32,000 bases of DNA from NCBI RefSeq assembly GCF_000025125.1, contig NC_013771.1, forward strand, positions 1,290,001-1,322,000, written 5' to 3'. This document shows, one piece after another, positions 1-8,814 of the stretch. The notes below the pieces were generated by a model. The model worked only from the letters and a program-made list of their open reading frames with translations. It was not told where the DNA came from and ran no database searches. The stretch comes from Candidatus Atelocyanobacterium thalassa isolate ALOHA. GTDB taxonomy: Bacteria > Cyanobacteriota > Cyanobacteriia > Cyanobacteriales > Microcystaceae. The translations under genes were made by a program, and so were the position numbers. Within the stretch, counting starts at the first letter, position 1; each line of letters begins with the position of its first letter.

Positions 1-115
1 CCTATATTGTAAAACATATGGTAATCCTCTTTCACTTTCAATTAATAACTGATAAAAAGTATTAAAATATCGTATTCACCAATTAAACTTAAAAAATAAT
101 AATTTAGATATTTTT

Positions 116-1558
116 ATGACATTTAACCAAAATCCAATAAAGTTTGGGACAGATGGATGGCGAGGTGTTATCGCAGCAGATTTTACATTTGAAAGAGTTG
201 CAATAGTAGCTCCCCTATGTGCCCAAGTTTTATTAAACAATTATGGAACAGTATCTAATAGCCACACTATTATCGTAGGGTATGATCGTCGTTTTTTAGC
301 TGAAGAATTTGCTAAGATTGCTGCTGAATCTCTCATTGAAGCCGGTTTTGATGTTGTTTTTGCTGAATCTTATGCTCCAACTCCTGCTTTTAGTTGGGCA
401 GTTAAATCACAAAATGCTTTGGGGGCTATTGTATTAACTGCAAGTCATAATCCTGGAAAATATCTGGGCATAAAAGTCAAAGGAGCTTTCGGTGGTTCAG
501 TTTCCTCTGAGATTACCCAACAAATTGAGAACTTACTATATGAAATGCCTAAGTTCTCTGGCAAGACAGGTATTTTAAGTTACTTTGATCCTTGGAAAAG
601 TTATTCTCAAGAATTAAAAAGTAAAGTTAATATTAAAAAAATTCAACAGGCAGTTCACAATAAAGATTTAACTATTTTTGCTGATGTTATGTATGGAGCT
701 GCAGCTAGTGGATTGGAAAGATTATTAGAATGTCCTATACAAGAGATTAATAGCAATCGCGATCCTCTTTTTGGAGGCAATCCCCCAGAACCTTTGCCGT
801 GTTATCTTACGAAGTTACTAACTACAGTCAAGAAATTTAATGCTGAAAAAAGTTCTGGTTTAAGCATAGGTTTAGTTTTTGATGGAGATGGCGATCGCAT
901 TGCAGCAGTTGATAAGCAAGGGAATTTTCTTAGCTCTCAAATTTTACTTCCGATCCTTATGGATCACTTGGCAACACACAAGGGATTAAAAGGCGAGATT
1001 GTTAAGACCGTTAGTGGTGCGGGACTGATTTCTTATCTAGCAGATTTTTATAATTTACCAATTCATGAAACTTCGATAGGCTACAAATACATAGCTAATA
1101 GAATGTTAAACGGCAATGTTTTAATAGGGGGAGAAGAATCTGGAGGAATCGGTTACGGGACACATATACCTGAGAGGGACGCCTTATTATCTGCACTATA
1201 TTTGTTGGAAGCAATAGTTGAAAGTAGTGATGATTTAGGAGAGTATTATTTAAAATTACAAAAAAAAGTAAATTTTTTTAATGCCTATGATCGTATCGAT
1301 TTGCCATTATCTAGTCTTGATATACGCTCAAAATTGATAAAGCATCTAGAAACGAAGTCTTTTAATGAAATCGCTAACAAAACTGTCCTAAAGTGTGATA
1401 AAAAAGATGGATATAAATATTATTTAACAGATCAAAGTTGGTTGCTTATACGTTTTAGCGGTACAGAACCTACTTTGAGGCTATATTGTGAGTCTTTAAC
1501 TTTAAAGCAAGTTAACAATATCTTAGAATGGGTGAAGAATTGGGTTAACTCAATTTAA
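116..1558 (+). CDS. alpha-D-phosphohexomutase family protein (phosphoglucomutase/phosphomannomutase type)
   Basis: 480-aa ORF with the family motifs: N-terminal FGTDGWRG, phosphoserine loop TASHNPGKY, metal loop FDGDGDR, sugar loop GEESGG, and C-terminal RFSGTEP. Confidence 0.88.
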   Translation: MTFNQNPIKFGTDGWRGVIAADFTFERVAIVAPLCAQVLLNNYGTVSNSHTIIVGYDRRFLAEEFAKIAAESLIEAGFDVVFAESYAPTPAFSWAVKSQNALGAIVLTASHNPGKYLGIKVKGAFGGSVSSEITQQIENLLYEMPKFSGKTGILSYFDPWKSYSQELKSKVNIKKIQQAVHNKDLTIFADVMYGAAASGLERLLECPIQEINSNRDPLFGGNPPEPLPCYLTKLLTTVKKFNAEKSSGLSIGLVFDGDGDRIAAVDKQGNFLSSQILLPILMDHLATHKGLKGEIVKTVSGAGLISYLADFYNLPIHETSIGYKYIANRMLNGNVLIGGEESGGIGYGTHIPERDALLSALYLLEAIVESSDDLGEYYLKLQKKVNFFNAYDRIDLPLSSLDIRSKLIKHLETKSFNEIANKTVLKCDKKDGYKYYLTDQSWLLIRFSGTEPTLRLYCESLTLKQVNNILEWVKNWVNSI

Positions 1559-1633
1559 ATATCCATAATCTATAATATGAAAGTGATTCGTATATTTTTA
1601 ATATTTTAAAAAACTCTAAAAATAATTAAACCT

Positions 1634-1831
1634 ATGCAGTATCAAACAATAAGGCTAGCACAGTTTCTAAAATGGAAAAGATTAGTAAATAGTGGAGGGG
1701 AAGCAAAATTCAAAATACAAGGAAAAGAAGTATTGCTTAATGGTAATATCGAAACTCAAAGAGGTAAGCAATTAATAACAGGAGATATAGTGACCTTTAA
1801 TGGAATTGAATACAAAGTTTTACTCGAGTAA
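1634..1831 (+). CDS. small S4-domain RNA-binding protein (YbcJ-like, ribosome-associated)
   Basis: 65-aa ORF. The pattern LAQFLK...SGGEAKxxIQxxxVLLNGxxETxRGKxLxxGDxVxF matches the YbcJ/S4-like fold signature. Size is typical for the family. Confidence 0.7.
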   Translation: MQYQTIRLAQFLKWKRLVNSGGEAKFKIQGKEVLLNGNIETQRGKQLITGDIVTFNGIEYKVLLE

Positions 1832-1884
1832 ATTTACTATACAATAATCATTTTGTTATTGTCATAATTAAAGAAATATCTTTA

Positions 1885-3009
1885 TCAATGATTATATTTA
1901 ATTGATAAGTCTTCAAGAATCTTATTTTTAATATTTAATGCAGTTGCTGGAGCTAGTAAGATTCCATTTCGATAGTGTCCAGTAGCCAATAATATGTTTG
2001 AATGATGAGGAATTTTTTCTATTATAGGTGCTATTCCTCCATCAGGACGAGGACGTTTTCCAGTCCAAATTTTGGTAATGTTTCCATTTTTAAAACCTGG
2101 ACATATAGAAAATAATTCTCTTTTAATTTGCTCTAAAAATTTTGATTGAGCTAACATTTCTCCATTACTACGGGGAAATTCTATTGTTGAACCAACCCAA
2201 TATCTTTGAGGATTAACTGGAATAATATTAATACCCTTTCCAGCAATTACAGGAATAAAGTTAGTATTTTCTAAAGGAGCATTTAGATCAATTTGCATCC
2301 CTTGGCCAATTACAGGCTTAATTTTGACTATCGTTTGTAATTTATTAACTAATTCGTTTGAACCTAAACCAGCACTTATAACTATGTAATCTGCTTTTAA
2401 GATTCTTTTTGATGTTTTAGTATAACAAGTTAGATCATGACTAAACTTCTGATCAAATGATGGAGATATTTTTTGAATCTTAGTGTTGAATAAACAATGT
2501 ACTCCATTTAAAGATGCTCCTAGGACGAGAGCTCTTGTCATTTGAATTGGATTAACTTGAAAATCTTGTGGAGAATAAATAGCTCCAGTTATTCTTTCAT
2601 CTTTAATTTGTGGACATTTTTGAAATAGTGTACTTTTCTCCCATACTTCCAAAAAATAACTAGAAGAATTACGAATTTCGATTAAATCCCCCCATTTTTC
2701 TAGATAATTATCTACGTAATGAAGTAATAAAATACCGTTAGAATTTACTTGTATCGGTATCTGAGTTAGTTTTTCAAGCTCGGGGATTAATGTTTTATAA
2801 CGTTTTAAGCTCGTTTTACACAAATCCCATCCTTTCCCTCTAGTCTTATAGTTGGCAACTCCTCGTAAGACTCCCAGTGCTCCTTTCGTAGAAGAAGATG
2901 CAGGAAATTTTTCGTCAACTAAAATAATTTCTATACCATTAAGCAAACTAAGCTCATAAGCTATTGTTGCTCCTATAATTCCAGCTCCAATAATAACAAT
3001 ACGAGGCAT
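1885..3009 (-). CDS. FAD-dependent oxidoreductase, DAO family (glycine oxidase ThiO-like)
   Basis: 374 aa. N-terminal Rossmann motif VIIGAGIIGATIAYEL followed by an acidic residue (VDE). C-terminal ATGHYRNGILLAP motif characteristic of ThiO/DAO enzymes. Confidence 0.75.
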   Translation of the reverse strand: MPRIVIIGAGIIGATIAYELSLLNGIEIILVDEKFPASSSTKGALGVLRGVANYKTRGKGWDLCKTSLKRYKTLIPELEKLTQIPIQVNSNGILLLHYVDNYLEKWGDLIEIRNSSSYFLEVWEKSTLFQKCPQIKDERITGAIYSPQDFQVNPIQMTRALVLGASLNGVHCLFNTKIQKISPSFDQKFSHDLTCYTKTSKRILKADYIVISAGLGSNELVNKLQTIVKIKPVIGQGMQIDLNAPLENTNFIPVIAGKGINIIPVNPQRYWVGSTIEFPRSNGEMLAQSKFLEQIKRELFSICPGFKNGNITKIWTGKRPRPDGGIAPIIEKIPHHSNILLATGHYRNGILLAPATALNIKNKILEDLSIKYNH

Positions 3010-3125
3010 TTTTTTTGGACTCTTTATCTTTAATATGACTATAGTTCAAAAAAGTCAAATATCAAAAGTTAGACCTTAATATTTGTAGTAACTATATTAA
3101 CTTTAAATAAGAAATACTTTATTAT

Positions 3126-3674
3126 TTAGTATTGATTGGTTTGGATTTTTTGTCCTAAAATACTCAAGTTTACAACATGTCCTCCTATTACTAAATAAGT
3201 TGTGTCAACTATATTTCCTAACTTAGAAACAATATATCCAAGTCGATCGCGAAACAATCTACCAAGTGGATAAGCTGGAACGACTCCCCATCCTGTTTCT
3301 TCGGCGACAAAAATCAATTTAACCGATGTTTTTTCAATACACTTAAAAAGATCAGTGACGACATAGTCCCATTCTTCATCATTTTCATCTAATCTATTTG
3401 CTACCCAGGTTCCTAAAGAATCAATTAATAAACAACAAGGAGGCATTGTTTTATTAATAACTTTAATAAGATCATATGGTGTGGACAAAGTTTCCCAATG
3501 AGCAGGTCTACGATCACGATGCTTCTTAATACGATTTTGCCACTGAAAGTCAGCAGGGTTTTCAATGGCTGTTGCTACGTAGATAACTTGACTATCTAAC
3601 TTATTAGCTAAATCTTCAGCCCACTGACTTTTGCCTGAGCGAGTTGGCCCTATTACTAAAATATGTTTTGGCAT
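3126..3674 (-). CDS. cobU: bifunctional adenosylcobinamide kinase / adenosylcobinamide-phosphate guanylyltransferase
   Basis: 182 aa. P-loop GPTRSGKS; HRDRRPAHWET matches the CobU H-x-x-x-RP-x-x-W-x-T segment; the EWDY and ETGWGVVP (NEVGxGxVP-like) motifs are present. Length is typical. Confidence 0.87.
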   Translation of the reverse strand: MPKHILVIGPTRSGKSQWAEDLANKLDSQVIYVATAIENPADFQWQNRIKKHRDRRPAHWETLSTPYDLIKVINKTMPPCCLLIDSLGTWVANRLDENDEEWDYVVTDLFKCIEKTSVKLIFVAEETGWGVVPAYPLGRLFRDRLGYIVSKLGNIVDTTYLVIGGHVVNLSILGQKIQTNQY

Positions 3675-3926
3675 TTTATTGAATATTTAGTAGGTTCATA
3701 CTAGAAAATCAAGTCTTGTCACTATTATTTTTTAATAGAATGTACTTACAAAAAAATATAAAATACATACCATATACTAATTTTATAGTATTAATAGATT
3801 GTAAATAATATTTGTCTTATGAAAATATCTTGTGAGTGACTTACTTTTCGTCTTATGGTACAAAGCTTCTTCTTAAAGTTAATCTATGATTTCCATTATA
3901 GTGCGTATAATTTTTAAGATATTTGG

Positions 3927-4307
3927 TTAATTTTTTACGGAATATTTTGATTTGTGTTTCGTACTTATTACATGAGCTAGTTTAAGATTTAAGAAAGCGT
4001 TGATCAAAAGAAATAATCTTGTTATGTCGGTAGAGGGTATACCCCAGACTTTAGGATGAATAATTGCGTGGACTAACAAAAATCCTGTTATTCCAATATT
4101 TATGCCAATCACAAAATTTTTCCAGCCATAAAGTTGGATAACCATAATAGATAACAAATATGATATAAAAAAATTTACTATGAATGGATTAAGAATAGTA
4201 GTGCCTCTTATAGAGTTTTCTAACCCTAAGAGTGAACTTCCAAGGAGACGAAACGGCCATTGAGGTAAGTCAAAAATATAAACTCCTTTAAAAAAAAGAA
4301 TCCTGAA
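3927..4307 (-). CDS. out-of-frame C-terminal membrane segment of the upstream S8 protease gene (contains the 76-aa ORF 3927..4157)
   Basis: A frame open over 126 codons begins 4 codons upstream of the sense-strand T8 run (plus-strand A8 at 4290..4297) and runs to the stop at 3927. It is hydrophobic and continues the TM-rich tail of the S8 ORF. One extra T in the run fuses both parts into a 593-aa protein. Confidence 0.55.
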   Translation of the reverse strand, partial: FRILFFKGVYIFDLPQWPFRLLGSSLLGLENSIRGTTILNPFIVNFFISYLLSIMVIQLYGWKNFVIGINIGITGFLLVHAIIHPKVWGIPSTDITRLFLLINAFLNLKLAHVISTKHKSKYSVKN

Positions 4308-5707
4308 CTACCTAATACAATCCCTAAGTTAAAAGATAATGAAGAAATAAAAGAACAAGTACGAAATAATCCTAAAACAAATAGATAAGAAGTTATCAAC
4401 ATGGAAGTTCCAAATAGATAATTAATAGCTTGATTATCTATCCAAAAATTAAGATTTGGATTGTGAAGATAACTAAAAAAATTTTGCGCAGTAATTTTTT
4501 GGTTGAAAGCCATTTGAATAGCTTTTTCTGAATCTAATTGTCCTACTCCAAAATAATTAAATGGATCTTGATTAGTTTTTCGTGAAGACTGAATTAGTAT
4601 TCCAAAAATATCATTAACCTTCTGATAGTTAGCAGCTTTAATCAAAGCAATTACTCCAGTAACATGGGCAGCAGCTACCCCAGTACCTTCCGATCTTTTA
4701 AATATTATATTTTCAGTGTTGAAACCAAAATTGACATTATCGTTACTATTCCCTGGAGCAGAAATATCAACTTGTGCGCCAAAATTTGAATAAAATGCTT
4801 TATTGCCCGTAGCATCTAAAGCAGAAACGCTTATAACTTTTGAATATCGGGCAGGGTAATATGCTGTGTTGTGGTTGTCATTTCCTGCCGAAGCAATAAT
4901 TATAATACCTTTGTTATAGGCATAATTTATGGCATTTTCTAGTATTCTGCTTTTACTCTTTCCTTCTAGGCTCATATTAATAATATCAGCACCATTATCA
5001 GCTGCGAAACGGACTGCATCAGCTATATCCGATGTTGTGCCTTCTCCTGTTTCGGAAAGAACTTTTAAAGGCATTATTCTAACTTTTTTAAATACTCTTT
5101 TATTATTAATAGTCTGAGTTATAACTTTTGCTATGTTTGTACCATGCCCATTATCATCATAGGTATAATTTCTATCGTTTACAAAATCATATCCTGAAAC
5201 AAATTTAATTTTTTGAAGTTCAGATGTTTTATTTATTCCTGTGTCTATAATAGCAATAGTTACTTTTCTTTCGAATGTTTTGCCTACATTCTTATCTGAA
5301 TGTATATTAGATAAATTCCACTCTTCATGAACATTAGAAACTTGATAAAAATCATCATGCCTTTTTGAAGCCTTATAAACATAGTTAGGTTCTATATAGT
5401 CTGTGTAATTATTTAAAAAAGATTTTTTCAAATCTTTCAATAATGTTTTACCTCCTTCTACTATATAGATATTCTCATCTATAGAATAAACACTATTAAG
5501 AATCGCAGTAGCATTGTAGTCGTTAGAAATCTTTTCTATTTGTTTACTTAAAGTTGTTGTAGGTATATCTTCGCGAAAATTAATAATAATTGAATTATAT
5601 CTTTCTTGATCAATAACTTTCTTAGGAATTACCAAAAAAATTGACAAACCTAGTATGAATAAAATTAAAAATAATAGTTTTTTTTTCACTTTCTTTTTTA
5701 TCAACAT
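4226..5707 (-). CDS. subtilisin-like S8 peptidase homolog with signal anchor, pro-domain and hydrophobic C-terminal region; the catalytic Ser is substituted, so it is probably decaying or inactive
   Basis: 493-aa ORF. Asp motif AIIDTGIN (D155), His motif DNGHGTN (H188) and oxyanion Asn ASAGNDN (N276) are present. The Ser motif reads EGTGVAAAHVTG instead of GTSxAxPHVxG (G343). N-terminal KKK plus a hydrophobic anchor. Confidence 0.85.
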   Translation of the reverse strand: MLIKKKVKKKLLFLILFILGLSIFLVIPKKVIDQERYNSIIINFREDIPTTTLSKQIEKISNDYNATAILNSVYSIDENIYIVEGGKTLLKDLKKSFLNNYTDYIEPNYVYKASKRHDDFYQVSNVHEEWNLSNIHSDKNVGKTFERKVTIAIIDTGINKTSELQKIKFVSGYDFVNDRNYTYDDNGHGTNIAKVITQTINNKRVFKKVRIMPLKVLSETGEGTTSDIADAVRFAADNGADIINMSLEGKSKSRILENAINYAYNKGIIIIASAGNDNHNTAYYPARYSKVISVSALDATGNKAFYSNFGAQVDISAPGNSNDNVNFGFNTENIIFKRSEGTGVAAAHVTGVIALIKAANYQKVNDIFGILIQSSRKTNQDPFNYFGVGQLDSEKAIQMAFNQKITAQNFFSYLHNPNLNFWIDNQAINYLFGTSMLITSYLFVLGLFRTCSFISSLSFNLGIVLGSSGFFFLKEFIFLTYLNGRFVSLEVHS

Positions 5708-6073
5708 TATTTAGTAATTTATAGGGTAAAAAATAAATTTAATATATCTTTTTTAGTTTACTTTTCTTAATAGCCTTTAATAACGCTATCACTAAGTTTA
5801 CCAAATAATATTAAGGAATTATTATCAATACCATGTAGCAAAATTTGAACATCTAAAATTTATCAGACTAATACTTGTAATCTTGTTATTCTAGAGGGCT
5901 GGTTTTTTAAAAACAAATAAAAAGCATTTGGCCTTAGAAAATAATTCCACTAATATAAAAACTAGATTAGCAATACTGTATGCGTTTAAAATTATATACG
6001 TTCAAAAAATATTTATATAACTAACTGAAGGTTCATATAAGATCATAGAAAACCTATCTTTAAAAAACTAATA

Positions 6074-6625
6074 ATGGCAAATAACTTACTTCAAGGAATT
6101 AATATTTTTTTAATTGGAATGATGGGAAGTGGTAAAACAACTACAGGAAAAAGACTAGCAGAACATTTGAATTATCGCTTTTTTGATACAGATACTTTGA
6201 TTAAACAAGTAAAACAAAAAACTATTAGTGATATTTTTGTTGAAGAAGGAGAAGAATCATTCCGTATTCTTGAGAGTAATGTTTTATCAGAGTTAGCATC
6301 ATGTACAAGAAGTGTTATCGCTACAGGAGGAGGAATTGTATTAAAGCAGGAAAATTGGAGTTATTTACATCATGGTTTGATTATTTGGCTAGATACTTCA
6401 ATTCCTATTCTAAAAAAAAGACTTAATCATGATCTTAGTTCTCGCCCTTTAATACAGAAAGAAAAACTAGACATAGAACTAGAATTATTGCTTAAACAAC
6501 GTCATGCGTTATATAAACAAGGAGATTTGAAAATTATTGTTGATAAAAATGATAGTTCTGAAGATGTTGTAAATAAAATATTAAAATTAATTCCTACTGT
6601 TTTAAAAACTACTTCTAATCAGTAA
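6074..6625 (+). CDS. aroK: shikimate kinase
   Basis: 183 aa. Walker A IGMMGSGKTT immediately followed by GKRLA; FFDTD (shikimate-binding Asp); GGG(I/V)V motif ATGGGIVL. Size is typical. Confidence 0.88.
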   Translation: MANNLLQGINIFLIGMMGSGKTTTGKRLAEHLNYRFFDTDTLIKQVKQKTISDIFVEEGEESFRILESNVLSELASCTRSVIATGGGIVLKQENWSYLHHGLIIWLDTSIPILKKRLNHDLSSRPLIQKEKLDIELELLLKQRHALYKQGDLKIIVDKNDSSEDVVNKILKLIPTVLKTTSNQ

Positions 6626-6692
6626 AACTATAAGGATTTATTAAATTATTAATCATTAAATTTTTGAATATATGATTAAGCTAAATTAAAAG

Positions 6693-7396
6693 TTACTTAT
6701 TTAGATAGTAAATCTTTTGCCCATTAGTAGTTGCTAGAGAAGGATAGCCTGCTTCGATTAATGCTTGATCACGTATGCGACAAGAGTCGCATAGTCCACA
6801 CGGTTCATGATCACCTTTATAGCAAGACCATGTCTTCTCAATAGGAACTCCTAATTTAATAGCTTCTTGAACAATATCAACTTTGGTTTTTTTATTAACG
6901 GAGCAATTAGTTCTATTGTATTTCCTTCAATTCCAGCCTTCGATGATATGTTCGCGAGGTCCTGATAAGCCTTAAGATATTCAGAACGACAATCAGGATA
7001 ACCTGAATAATCAATCATATTTATACCTAGAAAAATCGCTTTTGCACCTTTAGCTTCAGCTAAGGAAAGAGCAAGAGCAATAAAAACAGTATTTCTACCA
7101 GGAACATAAGTAGAAGGAATATTATGAGGACTAACTCCATCTAAAGGTATAGACAAAGATTCATCAGTTAGTGAAGATCCTCCCCATTGAGCAATATCAA
7201 CATCAATTATGTAGTGTGAATTTATGTCTAATTCTTTAGCAATTGTTTTAGCTGACTCCAACTCTTTATGATGAAGTTGTCCGTAACGTAATGAAAGGGC
7301 AACAAGCTTATAACCCTGAGCAGCAGCAATAGCTGCTGAAGTAGCCGAGTCTAACCCTCCTGAAAGTAAAACAACTGCTAACGACTTATCGCACAT
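6693..7396 (-). pseudogene. queC: 7-cyano-7-deazaguanine synthase (QueC) interrupted by a 1-nt frame break at an A7 tract
   Basis: The N-terminal 181-aa ORF (6851..7396) has the PP-loop VLLSGGLDS and the GYPDCR motif. After the sense A7 run (plus T7 at 6887..6893), the -1 frame encodes 64 further codons, [43 protein letters not shown]..., carrying the QueC Zn-binding Cys cluster. 704 nt plus 1 gives 234 aa, the normal QueC length. Confidence 0.85.
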
Positions 7397-7981
7397 TTAA
7401 TTACAATTTTTTAAATTTTAGGAACACAAGTAAAAGATTATCATATATTAATTGAACAGTAAATTTGATCTTTACAAGAGATATTTTAATATCGTCTTCT
7501 AAAAGAAAAATTTTTTCTTTTAAAAAGTTAGAAAACTAAGGAAAGAAAGATAGTAAAATGTGTAAAAAAATTTAATTAAATTTTTCGACTAAATTTCTTA
7601 ATCTTATTTATTAAGGTGCTTTTTTCGTAGGTAAATAGATGATTATTCAGAATTTTTTAATTTCTCAATATATGTAATATATTTTGGCTATATTTAAAAT
7701 AATGTTCCTAATGATTTAATGAGAATCTAGCGATACTTTGGATGTATACTAAGTTATGTAAGAGTTATTTAAACTGTTGATATTAATAGAATATAGAATT
7801 GTCAGTTTTTAAATATAAATACCTTCAAAAGCTAAATAAAGCTAACATACAAAAATTAAATTTAAGAAGACAATATACCCAAAAATAAAGTAAAAACTTT
7901 GATTAAGTTGGTTAATAAATAATAGACATAATAACTAACAATAAAATAATGAAAAAAAATTATTAAGGAGTTCACTGGCCA

Positions 7982-8710
7982 ATGTTAGCATATATTCTAT
8001 CTGTAACTGCAGGACTTGCAAGTCTATTTCTTTATTTTGCAGCATTTTTTCTTCCTCGATTACATAGAAAAGATGATTTTTTCTGGAGTGGCCTTGGACT
8101 ATTTTATTCTTTATCTCTCTGGGTTTATGCAGATAAATTAACAGGAGGTTTTTTGTTAGGGCAATTATGTATTCTGACTTTAATTTTATCCTTTGGGTGG
8201 CAAAATTTTCGTTTAAGGAATAATTTCTTAAATTCAGAACAAAAGATAAACTTTACTGAATTTTCCTTTGTGGAGAGAATTCAAAAACTTCTAAAAAGAC
8301 AATCTTTGTCTTCTTCTAAACTTTCGTCTCCTAAAAATAAAAAACCTAATTTTAGTTATCGTAAAGAAGAATTAAAGCTCAAGAAAAAAAATATTGAAAA
8401 AGATAAAGATATTAATATTTTTCAAGAAGTACGGAATAATGATTGTTTAGATGGAGAAAAGTTATCTAATATAAAAAATGAAAAATTTTCATTTAAATCT
8501 TTTTTACCATTAAATCAATTGAAATCATTACTTTATTTTAATTCATCAAAAAATAATATAGACAAAGAGTTATTAGATCCCCAAAATATATCTCCTGAAC
8601 TACGTGAAGAAGTAGATAGTTTTGAAGATGAAATGATTGAAAATCAGAATACAATTATTGGTTATGACAAAAGCTCTATAGATAAACCTAAAGAAAACTC
8701 ATCTGAATAA
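7982..8710 (+). CDS. membrane protein, Ycf66-like N-terminal domain with a low-complexity K/N/S/E-rich C-terminus
   Basis: 242 aa. Three hydrophobic helices in the first ~75 residues, ending in ...GWQNFRLR, resemble the Ycf66 family as I recall it. The remainder is low-complexity, typical of AT-driven drift. Confidence 0.45.
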   Translation: MLAYILSVTAGLASLFLYFAAFFLPRLHRKDDFFWSGLGLFYSLSLWVYADKLTGGFLLGQLCILTLILSFGWQNFRLRNNFLNSEQKINFTEFSFVERIQKLLKRQSLSSSKLSSPKNKKPNFSYRKEELKLKKKNIEKDKDINIFQEVRNNDCLDGEKLSNIKNEKFSFKSFLPLNQLKSLLYFNSSKNNIDKELLDPQNISPELREEVDSFEDEMIENQNTIIGYDKSSIDKPKENSSE

Positions 8711-8763
8711 AATTAGTATGTAAAAATAAGTCAAAAATATTTGCAATATTTTTCAAATATGAA

Positions 8764-8786
8764 GTTGAAACTTATTAAGTTTCAAC
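8764..8786. terminator. hairpin between convergent Ycf66-like and PerM genes
   Basis: GTTGAAACTT-att-AAGTTTCAAC, a 10-bp perfect inverted repeat centred between the stops at 8710 and 8815. There is no clean U-tract, so this is only terminator-like. Confidence 0.4.
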
Positions 8787-8814
8787 AAAATAGGTACATT
8801 ATTATATTAATCTC

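Noticed and set aside
4929-5117. 62-aa plus-strand ORF inside the S8 gene.
   Set aside because: It is entirely antisense to a motif-supported CDS. The sequence is low-complexity L/S/I-rich with no recognisable domain.
7397-7470. Possible preQ1 riboswitch in the queC leader (minus strand), because of UUCCUAAAAUUUAAAAAAUU.
   Set aside because: There is no P1 stem (AGAGG/CCUCU-type) and no conserved ACUA/CCC context. The A-rich tail alone is meaningless in this base composition.
7499-7524. Palindrome AAAAGAAAAA-T-TTTTTCTTTT in the queC / Ycf66-like spacer. Other A/T-only hairpins were also seen at 6649..6679, 16479..16515 and 16588..16610.
   Set aside because: These are pure A/T low-complexity palindromes with negligible stability, expected by chance at this composition. 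They have no positional logic.
8764-8786. The shared TTGAAACTTA / TAAGTTTCAA motif at the base of the hairpins at 8764 and 22485, and the GTTGAAAC resemblance to CRISPR repeat ends.
   Set aside because: By rough composition-based estimate, a 10-mer with 8 A/T is expected about 0.3 times by chance in this window. There are only two copies, no regular spacing and no cas genes. This is neither a repeat family nor a CRISPR array.
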